From the human T2T-CHM13v2.0 reference genome, Homo sapiens, in the NCBI RefSeq assembly GCF_009914755.1, contig NC_060942.1: a stretch of 64,000 nucleotides of DNA, one strand, 5' to 3'. The notes beneath the pieces were generated by a model that was given only the letters and a program-made list of their open reading frames with translations, made no database searches and had not been told where the DNA came from. Made by a program: the position numbers and the translations under genes. Positions 1 to 17,567 of the stretch are shown here, one piece after another; positions within the stretch are counted from its first letter, which is position 1; every line of letters begins with the position of its first letter.

Positions 1-426
1 TTGTAGTCATGCATTGAGAGTGAGTTCATGGATGGGAGAAGGTAAAGGTGGAGAGGTTGGCAGAGTGAAGACTAGAAACTCTGATCTGGTCATGGAAGGA
101 GGTTGACCTTGGGCCTGAGACTGTTGATGGCCTTTGAGTAGGTGGTAACATGATCTCATTTTTAGGAATATAACTCTAACGTTAGGATTGGACACAGTGA
201 GGAGGGGAGAGAGCTCAAATCAGGAAGACCAGTAGAAGGAAGAGAAAGAGCAACTTTAGAAACAGTTAAGAGTTAAATTTTAGTAGCCATTTGGAGAGAG
301 AAGGGACAATATAGAAAGACTTAGAATAGTTCCTGGTTTGGGCAAGTTAGTGGAGATATTTCTGTTCACCAAAATGTGGAACATAGGAACTACAAAATGG
401 GGTGGGGGCACTAAAAATGGAGAGTT
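1..426 (-). mobile_element. L2 LINE remnant (left part, interrupted by the L1)
   Basis: Purine-rich decayed L2-like sequence; 'gagttcagctttgcacatttt' continues after the L1 as 'aagttc...aagtggagatgttcactgggaggttgaatatg', resembling the L2 antisense core. Confidence 0.7.
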
Positions 427-660
427 CAGCTTTGCACATTTTTTTTCTTTTTCTTTATTATACTTTAAGTTCTGAGGTACATGTGCAGAATGAGCAGTTT
501 TGTTACATAGGTATACACGTGCCATGGTGGTTTGCTTTACCCATCATCCCATCACCTATATTAGGTATTTCTCCTAATGCTATCCCTCCCTTACCGCCCT
601 ACCCCCTGACAGGCCCCAGGGTGTGATGTTCCCCTCCCTGTGTCCATGCATTGTCATTGT

Positions 661-4809
<4,149 letters not shown>

Positions 4810-4869
4810 GATGATAGCTGGTTATTTTGCCCGTTAGTTCATATAATTTCTTCATAGTGTTGATGGTCT

Positions 4870-5890
4870 TTACAATTTGGTATGTTTTTGCAGTGGCTGG
4901 TACCGGTTGTTCCTTTTCATGTTTAGTGCTTCCTTCAGGAGCTCTTGTAAGGCAGGCCTGGTGGTGACAAAATCTCTCAGCATTTGCTTGTCTGTAATGG
5001 ATTTTATTTCTCCTTCACTATGAAGCTTAGTTTGGCGGGATGTGAAATTCCGGGTTGAAAATTCTTTTCTTTAAGAATGTTGAATATTGGGCCCCACTCT
5101 CTTCTGACTTGTAGGGTTTCTGCAGAGATATTTACTGTTAGTCTGAGGGGCTTCCCTTGTGAGTAATCTGACCTTTCTCTCTGGCTGCCCTTAACATTTT
5201 TTCCTTCATTTCAACCTTGGTGAGTCTGACGATTATGTCTTGGGGTTGCTGTTCTCAAGCAGTATCTTTGTGGTGTTCTCTGTATTTCCTGAAATTGAAT
5301 GTTAGCCTGTCTTGCTAGATTGGGGAAGTTCTCCTGGATAATATCCTCAAGAGTGTTTTCCAACTTGGTTCCATTCTCCTCGTCACTTTCAGGTACACCA
5401 ATCAGACATAGATTTGGTCTTTTCACATAGTCCCATATTTCTTGGAGGCTTTGTTAGTTCCTTTTTATTCTTTTTTTCTCTAATCTTGTCTTCTCACTTT
5501 ATTTCATTAAGTTGATCTTCAGTCTCTGACATCCTTTTTTCTGCTTGATTGATTCGGCTATTGATACTTGTGTATGCTTCACAAAGTTCTCGTGCTGTGC
5601 TTTTCAGCTCTATGAGGTCATTTATGTTCTTCTCTAAACTGATTATTCTAGTTAGCAATTTGTCTAACCTTTTCTCAAGGTTCTTAGCTTCCTTGCATTG
5701 GGTTAGAACATGCTCCTTTAGCTTGGAGGAGTTTGTTATTACCGACCTTGTGAAGCCTACTTCTGTCACTTCGTCAACTCATTCTCCAATCAATTTTGTT
5801 CCCTTGCTGGCGAGGAATTATGATCCTTTGGAGGAGAAGAGACATTCTGGTTTTGGAATTTTCAGGCTTTTTGCGCTGGTTTCTCCCCAT
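4870..5890 (-). pseudogene. L1 ORF1 (RNA-binding chaperone), disrupted
   Basis: Start ATGGGGAGAAACCAG at 5890; fragments ...KRPNLCLIGVPESDEENGTKLENTLEDIIQENFPNLARQANIQ... and a coiled-coil segment; stop at 4870-4872. Confidence 0.93.
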
Positions 5891-7238
5891 CTTTATGGAT
5901 TTATCTACCTTTGGTCTTTGATGTTGGTGACCTTCAGATGGGGTCTTTGAGTGGATGTGCTATTCCTTTCTGTTTGTTAGTTTTCCTTCTAACAGTCTGG
6001 CCCCTCTGCTGCAGGTCTGCTGTAGTTTTCTGGAGGTCCGCTCCAGACCTTGTTTGCCTGGGTATCACCAGCGGAGACAGCAGACCAGCAAAGATTGCTG
6101 CCTGTTCCTTCCTCTGGAAGCTTCATACCAGAGGGGCAACCACGAGATGCCGCTCAGAGCTCTCCTGTATGAGGTGTCTGTCGGCCCCTACTGGGAGGTG
6201 TCTCCTAGTCAGGATACACGGGGGTCAGGGACCCACTTGAGGAGGCACTCTGTCCCTTATCAGAGCTTCAACACTGTGCTGGTAGATCTGCTGTTCTCTT
6301 CAGAGCTGCCAGGTAGGGACATTTAAGTCTGCTGAAGCTGCGCCCACAGCTGCCCTTTCCCCCAGGTGCTTCGTCCCAGGGAGGTGGGGATTTTATCTAC
6401 AAGTCTCTGACTGGGGCTGCTGCCTTTTTTTCAGAGATGCCCTGCTCAGGAAGGAGAAATCTGGCAGTCTGACCACAGTGGCCTTGCTGAGCTGCAGTGG
6501 ACTCCACCCAGTTCGAACTTCTTGGTGGCTTTGTTTATACTATGAGGGGAAAACCGCCTACTCAAGCCTCAGCAATGGCAGGCACCCCACCGCCCCCCCC
6601 CGCCCCCCACCAAGCTGGGGCATCTCAGGTCAATCTCAGACTACTGCTGTGCTGGCTGCAAGAATTTCAAGCCAATGGATCTAAGTTTGCTGGGCTCCAT
6701 GAGGGTGGGACCCACTGAGGCAGACCACTTGGTTCCCTGGTTTCAGCACCCCTTTCCAGAGGAGTGAATGATTCTGTCTCACTTGCGTTCCAGGAGCCAC
6801 TGGGGTATGGAAAAAAAAAAAAAAAAAAAACTCCTGGAGCTAGTTCGGTGTCTGCCCAAACAGCCATCTTGTTTTGTGCTTGAAACCCGGGGCCCTGGTG
6901 GGGTTAGGCGCCAGAGGGGATCCCCTGGTCTGTGGGTTGTGAAGACCATGGGAAAAGCGCAGTATCTGAGCTGGAGTGCAGGGTTCCTCAGGCTCAGTCC
7001 CTCACGGCTTCCCTTGGGTAGGGAAAGAAATTCCCCGACCCCTTGCACTTCCCGGGTGAGATGACACCCCACCCTGCTTCGGCTCGCCCTCCATGGGCTG
7101 CACCCACTGTCCAACCAGTCCCAATTTGATGAACCATATACCTCAGTTGGAAATGCAGAAATCACCCACCTTCTGTGTTGATCTCGCTGGGAGCTGCAGA
7201 CCGGAGCTGTTCCTATTCAGCCATCTTGCCAGCAATCC
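5891..7238 (-). promoter_or_regulatory. L1 5' UTR: internal sense promoter and antisense-promoter region, with YY1 motif
   Basis: 5' UTR sequence; YY1-type CAAGATGGC on the minus strand at 7220-7228. Many CpGs have decayed, so activity is unknown. Confidence 0.75.
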
Positions 7239-7254
7239 CAGCTTTGCACATTTT

Positions 7255-7445
7255 AAGTTCAATACTCCTTTAAAATTAAGTGGAGATGTTCACTGGGAGG
7301 TTGAATATGCTACTGTGGACTAGAAATAATAATTTCCATAGTCTGAAAGTCATCAACATTTCTGGAGCTGAAGCCATAGGTTTGGAAGAGGCTCCTCAGA
7401 GTTTTTGTAGAGTGAGAAGAAGGAATATCAAGGATGAAGGTAAAA
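7255..7445 (-). mobile_element. L2 remnant (right part)
   Basis: Continues the L2 at 1-426 beyond the L1 TSD. Confidence 0.65.
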
Positions 7446-7649
7446 CCGTTGGCAACAGCAATATTTCAGGGCGAGTTAATATTCCAGTATAGATACATGC
7501 ATCTACTCCTTTTCTGAGTCTCCCTCCATTTATGGTTCTGTTCTAGTCAAGCCCCAGGACAAACCGTTGCTCTGTCACAGCTGTGCGCATCCCTGGTCTT
7601 TGGTCCCCACCATTACAACTGTTTTTCCCCACTTGTCATGTGCCGTTTA

Positions 7650-7830
7650 TCTCTTTTTCTACCCATCGTGTGATTCCTATCTTTATTTTTCATTCATTAT
7701 TTATTTTCATTCCATTCCTCTCTACCCCTCTTTTCTTTACCCTTCTTTACCTATTTCTCTCTTTATTTCCTTTTTCCTCCATATTTCCCATATTTCCTTT
7801 TTTCTTTCTCTTTTTCTTATGCCTCACCTC
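7650..7830 (+). repeat. Pyrimidine-rich low-complexity tract
   Basis: G-free from 7673 to 7820 and mostly T/C. Confidence 0.9.
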
Positions 7831-8132
<302 letters not shown>

Positions 8133-8919
8133 TTTCCTGGATGTTCTTCGTCCATTCCCCACCTCAATGTGTATGTAGATAGCTTATTTTTGGCACCAGT
8201 AGTTTGTACTTTTTAAAAACATATGACCCAGTGTAAGTCCTAAGGAACAATAGGCCCTTCCATGCCTGGACATCCAAACTAAACATTTTGAAGAGGTTTA
8301 TTTTTAATTCCGGGAATATGGTGGATATATTTTGTCATCTGGCAAGTTCTCTGTGAGGAATAGCCTGCAACTACTAATCCAGTTGCCCTTGTGACCCTAG
8401 CTAAATGTCAACTAATCCTCCAAGGGTCTATTTCTGCAATATTAATTCATGATTCTACCTGGGTCTCTCTGGTAGTCGTTGAGGTTATGTTATAAATTAT
8501 GCATTGAAGAGATGCCTTTGGTAACACGTGGCCTTAATGCAACTTTAGACTAAATGCCAACAAGTCATGTCAGATTTACATGATTATTTACTAGATAATA
8601 ATCTTAAAAGGGTTGTCTTCACAGCATGTGCCACTTTGGGATTTGCTTTTTCTGAAAAATAGAGTATATTCTCTGTCAGATGAATTAGCCAGTATACCAT
8701 GCTCAGAAATACAAAACTTGCTATTATCTTTAGACTTGAGCAGTCTTGTACAAACTATCATATTCCATAGAAATTCTTAAAACGTCTAATTGTCCAGGAC
8801 TTTTTACCAAATTTCAAGTCTAAATTTGAAAGGTAGTGTTTTTAAGCAGAAAAGTTAAAGCATAACATTAATCATAGAAAAATTGTTGGGGTGTTATTGA
8901 TAGGTAATCACCACATTGT

Positions 8920-9065
8920 TTGGTTAGAAGAACACTGAACTTAGATGTGGAATTCCTAGATCTGTATTTTAACTGACTTTGTGATTCTGAACTTCTCTGG
9001 CCCTAGTTTCCTCTTTTGTAAGTTGAGAAAACTCAACTAGATGATCTCTGAAGACCTTCTCAATT
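8920..9065 (+). mobile_element. MIR/MIR3 SINE remnant
   Basis: 'cttctctggccctagtttcctcttttgtaag...actagatgatctctgaagacctt' resembles the MIR core and MIR3 tail. Confidence 0.6.
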
Positions 9066-11439
9066 CCAAAATGTCAGGTTTCCTGGTAGGTAGTAGCCAC
9101 TGGTGACACTACTACGCATTTGCTATTCTAGAAGTACCGCATGTGTTTTGTTACTGTGTTTCCCTACTTAAACCTCTGCAGCAGCTCTTCCCCAGGCTCT
9201 CTCAGTTCAGTTCAAGCCCAGAGGTGATGGCTGATGAGTGGTTTATCTTCCAGCTACATGTTTTCGACCTTCACACAGGAGGCCCTCAATTAAAAGGGAA
9301 GCCGTAGGGAAATGGAAAAAGGAATGAGAGAGAGGGAAGGAAAGGAACTGCCTCGGGTGTGGATTTCAATATATTATTAGTTGTTACTGTCAGTTAGAAG
9401 CAAATGCTGTGAAACTTTGCACTCATTCCTGTGTGGACTGGTTAGCCTATGTTTCCTCTACCGCAGCATTCTGAGTCGTCCACCTCAAATATGTGCTGTT
9501 GGTCATAAAGACAGACTGGGCCCAAGAGACAGTGTGGGTGAAACAAATTCATTCATTCCTTCTAGAAATAAAATGGGAAGTCTGTCCTACAGAGGATGAG
9601 CCAGCCGCCATCGTCTGTACTTGTCACATGCCAGGCCAGCTCGCCTGCTAGCTTGGGAGCAGGAGGACAGCAAATTCAAACACTGGAAAATTGCTTGACA
9701 TTTTATTGGGAGGCATTGTCAATTATTAGCTAAGATTGTTTTGTCTTCTGAAGAATTGGCCCTCTATAAAAAAATAGTTGTGGAAGGTGGGCTTTTAACA
9801 GAAAATGTAAAGTCTGTTCAGTTCATACTAATTAGTACATGGAATTATTTAACATATAGGCAATAATGGCTAAAAACTGACATGACCATCAGCTTTATTT
9901 TAGGATGTTTTACAAACCTATCACAAAGCAACAACTAATTTTTTGTTCATGTATATTAATTCATTTGGCCTTTACCTGGACTAATATCATCTGAAACCTT
10001 CTTTTCTTTGAAACATTTTATGAAATGTATACACTTATTTTTACTTTATTATGTAAGCAAAGCAATTTTTTATTTTCCGTCCCACAAATTATGTGTTCCT
10101 TTAAAGATTTGACATTTTGATGCAGCAAATGTTAAGAAAAGGTGTGAGATAAATGTCTACAAAATAAATGTTTTATACAGAACCACGGGGCAATGTACTC
10201 TCAAAATTAATATAAAATAACTTGAATAGGACATTTTTTTTTACCAGGTTTCATCCATGTATAATTAGATATATTTGTATAAATGAAAATACCTGTATTT
10301 TTAACATTTTTCATAAGGAATAATGTATCTCAATAACATGTTTGACAGAACTTAGTATGTAAGCACTATCAATTTTACCATGATTAATTATATTTACGAT
10401 TGTTTCTAAAATAGCTATAGATCTTTCAGGAATTTGAGAACATTTGTATTAATTATAGTAATATTCCTGTCTCAGCCACTGTGGTACATAGAAATCACAG
10501 AAGTTGCAGCTATTGAAAATAATTAAAGAGTTAGGCATTCTGGGGCAAAATAGCAAGTGGTAGCTATTATATTACATAAATACCTGTTATAGGTAAATAT
10601 AACTATTTTAATTCTGAAACACTATACCTCCATCTCCTTTCCATAACACATTTAAACAGATGTACATTTTGCAAATGCAGCATATTATCAAATATTTGGC
10701 ACCCATTCTATTATATTTAAACAATGCTAGCACTACCAAGAAAAATCACAATAAAAATGGGAAGTTTTTCTGAAGACAACATGAAACAAAAAAGATAAGA
10801 GGGAAAATTTGATGAAAGCCCCATTTTCAAAGAGATGCCTGCAGCATGCAGCCGGAGGCAAGTTGACATTAACTATAGTTCCCCCGGCCTATCCATTTAC
10901 ATGTGAGGTAGTTTCTTTCCACTGTAAGTAAGTGTGACTTCTGTGTGGAAAATAGCTTAGGTCTGGATGCATTATTCAAAGTTTTATTTCAAAATCACCT
11001 TTCCTGAGACTACACTGAGAAAGTCACACATAGATGTTTCTTTGTGACAATTATTTAAAATATGTGGCTTTAATATGCAGTCCTATAAGTATGAACCAGA
11101 TGCTGAGATCTTGCCTAGCACATACTTTGGCATGCTTGGAACAGGCCATATGTGCACACAAACATGTATGGATGTTTTATCTCAGTCTATCAATTAGCTG
11201 CCGTCCTTCAGGTTTCCAGATAATTGAATAGGGTTGAGGTACAAGGGTAAGTTGAACAAATTGACTTTTGTAAAGGCCTCTTCTGAGCTGGACTTTATAT
11301 GATTACTGTAACAGTTCCTAAAGTAACCCCTATTTCTTGACTCAACCTAATGGGAACTCTTTTTAAAGAAGATTTTATTTTAAAAAAAGAGTGTGGGGAA
11401 CATAGCTACCAATTTTTCATCTTATAGGAGGAAAGTGTC

Positions 11440-11620
11440 AGAGAATGATAAGAGTCATGGCTTTAGAATCTGACGAACCTGATTTTACACCACAACTCTT
11501 TACTTTGTGGCACTGTAAATTTAAATGAGTTACTTAACACCTCTGAACTATTTTGCACATGTGAGATGTGACGATGATGATAATGTGTACTGCATAGGGG
11601 ATGCGGTAAAAATTAGATGG
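11440..11620 (+). mobile_element. MIR remnant
   Basis: 'ggctttagaatctgac...gagttacttaacacctctgaac...catagggga' resembles the MIR core. Confidence 0.6.
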
Positions 11621-12184
11621 TATATGTACATAGTTGGTCTTTGATAGATAATAGCTTAAGAACCCAGCAGTTGGAGAACTTGTCCCAGGGCACGTAGGTA
11701 GTCCGTGGGAGGGCCTAGTCTAAGTCAGTGCATCTGACTTTTAACTGCCCTGCTACCCTGGCTCAGGCAAGTAAAACTCAAACATGCACCTTGCTCTGTA
11801 AAGCTCAGGTACTCTTTATAATTAGCTGACAACACCGTGCAGTCATCAGCTTGTTGCAGTTTACCATTGCTTTAAGTCTATAAATATTTGAAATTCTGCC
11901 AGCATGTCTTATTCTTTTCTTTGAGCCATCATTGCAGAATAGCTAAATAAATGCTTTTTTTCGTATCCTCCTTTGCAGAAGCATTTTTAGAATTCTTTTG
12001 AATAGCTGTATTTTGTGTCATTTGTTGATTCCTGAGTTTACTTCTGATAACTCTCAATGGTGAGGATGCTGTATCCTCTTGTCTGGTTTACTGAACAAGA
12101 GAATCTTGTTAAGTTTTAGAGGAAGCCATAAAGCAGGGGAGCATTAGCTGCACCTTTCCTCCTCAGAGACAAATGCTGGGGTCT

Positions 12185-12400
12185 TCCGTGGTGAAAGTGG
12201 AGACCCTGGGGACAGCTGCCTTATGCCCACACCTTGGTTCCGTGGCTTACTGGCTGTGTGACCTTAGACAAGCCACCTAGCTCGGTGTCCCTCAGTTTCC
12301 CCAGCTATTCCAAGGGCATAATAATAGTTCTTACATCATAAAATGTTATGACAAGAAAACAAGTTGATACCTTTAAAGTGCTGGCCCCAGTAAATATTAA
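12185..12400 (+). mobile_element. MIR remnant
   Basis: 'cttactggctgtgtgaccttagacaag...cctcagtttcccc...ataataatagt'. Confidence 0.7.
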
Positions 12401-13713
12401 CTCTATTGATAATATGCATTATACACCAGTATACAAGCTGTAGCTGCCTCTCTGGTTTCAATGCTCATGGCTTGCGTGCCTCGAAGTCTTTGTGTCCGGA
12501 CATGGGAGAAGACCAAGGAACGGAGCTGTCTCCCCTTGAGAGGGGGTCCTCTCTCCTTTTCCCATGGAGAGCATCATTTCTTTGTACCCAAAGAAACACA
12601 CGGGATGGGTCTTTAATTATGAAGCTAGCTAGGAACACAGCTAGCTGGAATGAGACAGCTCATTTTCTCCTTACCTTAAGGCCATGCCTTGGTGAAGGTG
12701 CCAGAGCTGATAGCACAAAGTAAAATCATTCTTCAGCCATGCTCAGCCACTAGTATTCCTTATGCCCAGGCTCCTACTCAGTCAAGTGGAGAGCCGGATT
12801 ATAGGAAAAATTGTTCTCTGCAGATAAGTAAACCAAAGGTCCTGGGGCATCAATACTACCATGCTTGGGGAACGTCCTCTAAACCCCAAATGCTTCTGAG
12901 TGGGCATGGCATTGGCATTAAATGCAAATACTTTGGGTATTAAAACCTTCCAGACCCAGACGCAGCAAGGTGCCAAGTGGTCTGCCACCTGGGGTGGGAA
13001 CAGAAGGACAGCATCACTGTCTTCGGTGTGCATAAAGGCCTTGTCATGTATCTGTGTGGACTCCCTGAGCCTCTCCTCAGTGCTGCTTGTTCACCTTCCA
13101 CAGTTGCAGGAGGTCGAAGGCCCTGTGGCCAGGCACCAGCCCTGAACTTGCACCACATTCAGCAGGGCTGAATTCTCACCAGCCATCTCAGGGCACAATT
13201 TTCCTACTGATTCCTCATTTGAATGCCTGGTAACTCCACTCATTTTTAACCTCTATCTATTAGCATAGCTTATTAAAACTGGTTCTATCTGTGTCTCTTA
13301 ATTCCTAAACTCAAGCCCTAGACTTCTTAAAAGGGTATTGAGAGAGGGCTGCATAATTACTACTAAAATTGATCATTCTTCACAGTTGATGTCTCAAGAT
13401 GGAGTGTGTTGACATTCCCAGTCCCACCCAAGTGCTTCATGATCTTTACTGGGTGTGTGTTTTGATTCATGTTGATGTGACTTCACTTTCTAGTTCATAA
13501 GAGCGTTAAAAACTGAGCATATTTTTCTTGGGATGATCGTTTAAACTTGTATCTTGGTTATCGAATCCAGGAATTCAAACCTAATAATACCACTTTTCCA
13601 ACTCTTTCCAGTTTTGTTTTATATTAATAAGTAAAACAATGAAGAGTATGAGGAAAGAAATATATGCATTAAGAAAAAAATAGTCCAATTTCTAACCTGA
13701 CTTATTTGGGCAA

Positions 13714-14132
13714 TGTATTAGTCCATTTTTGTGTTACTATAAACGAATACCTGAGAGTGGGTAATTTATAAAGAAAAGAGGTTTAACTGGCTTATGGTTC
13801 TGCAGGCTTTACAAGCATGGTGCCAGCATCTGTTCAGCTTCTGGTGAGGCCTCAGGAAGCTTCCAATCATGGAGGAAGGCAAAGCACAAGCAGGCGTGTC
13901 CCATGGCAAGAGCAGGAGCACGAGAGCGAGCGGGAGGGTGTCTCAGACTTTGAAACAACCAAATTTCATGTGAACTGAGTAGGAACTCACTCACCACCAA
14001 AGGGATGGTGTTAAACCATTCAAAAGGGATCCATCCCTACCATTCAGACACCTCCCACCCAGCCCACCTCCACTGTTGGAAATCACATTGCAACATGAGA
14101 TGTGGGGGACAAAGATCCTGCAAACCATGTCA
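13714..14132 (-). mobile_element. MaLR solo LTR (MSTA/MSTB)
   Basis: tgtattagtcc...accatgtca termini; MST-type body 'gaaaagaggtttaactggc...ggtgaggcctcaggaagcttccaatcatgg'; 5-bp TSD ggcaa/agcaa. Confidence 0.9.
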
Positions 14133-15390
14133 AGCAAGATTCATGACACCTCTTCTTCTAACATAAATCTAAATTTCTTTTTAACAGGGAAATGGTTTAC
14201 CTCTGGAATCTTTAATTTAGATTCATTTATAGAAAATTACATAAAATTAATTTTTAAGAAGGATACAGAGGCGCCACTGTGTTGATTGAGAAAGGAATAT
14301 TTTGGATGGATCTCAGCATTATAAGATGTAGTATTATATTAAGTACTATATTTTCTTGAATAGTAATATAAATTTTGCCTGGTATCCTTACAGAGTGTGC
14401 TTTTTAAAGTAAATAAAGCTTCACTGGATCCCCTGGAAGATGTTCTTATCATTGTTATATTCATATGTGCCGTTTGCTTATGGCACTGCTGTGGTGGAAC
14501 TAAAGTGAAACTGTTTTTATGAGTTTTACTGCAAGTAAAAATGGATTCATTTATTAAATCCCAACATACTATTTCTTTGTAAAAACAAAACAAAATTTGA
14601 CAAAACTATAGTCCATGTTATCGTGTCTAAAGATGGCCCAGTGTTCATTCCGGTGTTTATTATGTTTCTGTGATGACTTAGGCAGCACCTGCCTGAGTAC
14701 CAGAATTCCAATTTGGACACCTGGGATTTAGTGCTTTGCTTACTGTGTCCCTCCCGACAGTGCCGACAGTACGCTCTCCTGCATTCACAGTCCTGAATGA
14801 TCTGGGTACCATATGTCTTTTCTATTAGATCCTTTTTAATCATCTTCAACATCCTATTCTTACATCTAGTCTAGTGTTTTCCATAGAAGACATGGAGTAT
14901 ACCGTCAGTAAAGAAAAATACTCTTCTTTCATGCAAGCCCTTTAGTGCAGCACTGGACTTTGAACAGCTTTGCTTTTTAAAAAAAAAATTTCAGGGATGT
15001 AAGTTTCATAATATTATAAGATGTTTTAATTTTTCTGTAGTGTAGATATTATAATGGACAGACTCCCTACGTGTAGTAGTATGAATTTGTTAAAGTTTGA
15101 ATAATAATTATTTGAATTAAAAATTTAATATATTAAAATAGTTGAAATGAATAGGAGTACCTTTAAATTCAGATACAGCTTAATTCAAAAGAAAAATGGG
15201 CTCATCACTATCATTTATTTAAACGATCATTTATTTTTAAGCCACCTTTGAAATATTTTTTATAAATCGTGTATTCCATTGCATTTTTATAACCAACATC
15301 AATTGAGATTAACAAGTCCTTTGTTCAAAAAAACGAATAAACCTCCTTAAGATGAAATTTTTTTAAGGGAAGTCAGGGAGAACTTTATTC

Positions 15391-15712
15391 TTTTTATGTA
15401 TTTTCTATTTATTTATTTATTGGAGATAGGGACTTGCTCTGTTAACCAGGCTGGAGCACAGTGACACAAGCTCGCTGCAGCCTCAAACTCCTGGGCTCAA
15501 GTGATCCCCCGTCTCAACCTCCCAAGTAGCTAGGACTGCAGACATGCGCCACCACGCCCAGAAAATTTTGGGGTTTTGTTGTTGTTGTTGTTGTAGAGAC
15601 AGGGTGTTGCCATGCTGCCCAGGCTGATCTTGAACTCAGGGCCTCAAGTGATCCTCCTGCGTAAGCCTCCCAAAGTTCTGGGATTACAGGCACTGAACCA
15701 CTATGCCTAGCC
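15391..15712 (-). mobile_element. Alu (AluJ)
   Basis: 'gcagcctcaaactcctgggctcaagtgatcc' is J-type; decayed (ATTT)n tail and (GTT)n middle linker. Confidence 0.9.
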
Positions 15713-16459
15713 AGGATGAATTCTTCTTATACTGTGGGCATCTTAAGTTAAAATATCTAGTTTTTCAAGTCTTCTATTCAGTGGTTTTATAACAGAAATA
15801 TCTAGACTTCCGTCTTCAGTGGCTAGGCTGCAGCCTAGTAATTTATTCAGGACTTAGCATTTCCAGGCAGCTCTTCTCGCTGTTAGCTGTCTCACTGCAT
15901 CATTGTATGGTATTATTCCTCCAAGGGTGTTTGATAAGCATCTGTGATAAACATTGATTCATTGTTCCCATTGCCAGAAAGAAAGCATTAATTAATAAGA
16001 ACAAATTCAGGAAAAGGCCGCTTAGTGTAAGTGCCTAGTTATTGGGAGCTATCAAAATGTTCTTTGTTCTTTATCCTTTTACCTGATTTCTATAAAAGCC
16101 TGAGTTGTGGGTTTGGAGTCAGTGGTCAGAATTTGAAGAAATTGGCCACTCTCTAAAGATATGTTCAGCTATCAATGACTAATTCTTAGGTTTAACTTTT
16201 ATTAAAAAGGAAAGGAAGAAAATCTCAGAAATATATTAAGATCTTCAAAATGAAGAGGTGACATAGCATTCACTGAAAATATTAACTTGGAAGCTGTCAT
16301 GCAGGAGTGGTGTTGGCTCCTTGGGGGACACTTGGGGATGCCTGAGGGTGTCTTTGCTGAGAATTACCTTATTGTAATTGCATCTGTTGGTTGCAGTTTT
16401 GTAGTCACAATTGTCAAGATTTTTCTTTAATAATTTGTCAGGCTAAGGTTGACTCTGAG

Positions 16460-16745
16460 TTCAGATCCTAAAGGTCATAGAAGGGTTAAAATCATAACTG
16501 CCTAGGGGGGCCAGTAGAGTTGACCTGTGTATGGATGAGCTCCTGGTGCAGAGAGTGTGGTGAGAAGGCACCCACTGTCCAGCTTCAGGCAAGTATATTA
16601 CAGTGTCACAAATCTTCCCATCTCCCCTGAGGGAAGGGAGAAATCTTGATTTCTTTACTAAGTGTTCTAACTTTTTGGTTGGCAATGAATCACTTTTTAA
16701 AGTATGTGTTGGCCAAATAAAATAGATATCCAGTCACCCGCATGT
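16460..16745. mobile_element. Possible hAT-Charlie MITE remnant (MER102-like)
   Basis: 'ctttttaaagtatgtgttggccaaataaaatagatatc' resembles the MER102 terminal region; weak, with approximate boundaries. Confidence 0.3.
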
Positions 16746-17200
16746 GATTCTTAATTGTATTTTTAAGATAAACCAAGCAGGAGACATTTAAAAATCTTCT
16801 GTCACTTACATGTCTCTGGCTACACATGTTGTCTTATACCAACCAGGAAAGGACAACGGATCATTTCCTGGTCGTGCTACCCCTTTACCCACGTGCTCAT
16901 TCATACCCTGTGATGCATGCAAATGGCACCACTGGCCTGCATCCTACTTCGTGATAGCTGGTTCTTGCTCAGAAATCCAAGAGAACTTAGGCATCAGTTA
17001 TCTTGTAGGTGATATGGCCAGATGGTTTGGAATAAGTGTGCCTCCCATTTCTAATTAGAGCTCATCCCTGTGTTCTGCACTGGGATTGCTGTTGACTCCT
17101 GTTATTTCTTGCTAATCCAAGCTGGAATTCCTCTGGACTCTTGTTGAGCCTCAGATAGCAATATCTGTTAGAATACTTTTTCTCATAAGACTACAGTTAA

Positions 17201-17567
<367 letters not shown>

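Noticed and set aside
14262-14282. CTCF-like motif around gaggcgccactg
   Set aside because: The spacing does not fit the core consensus on either strand.
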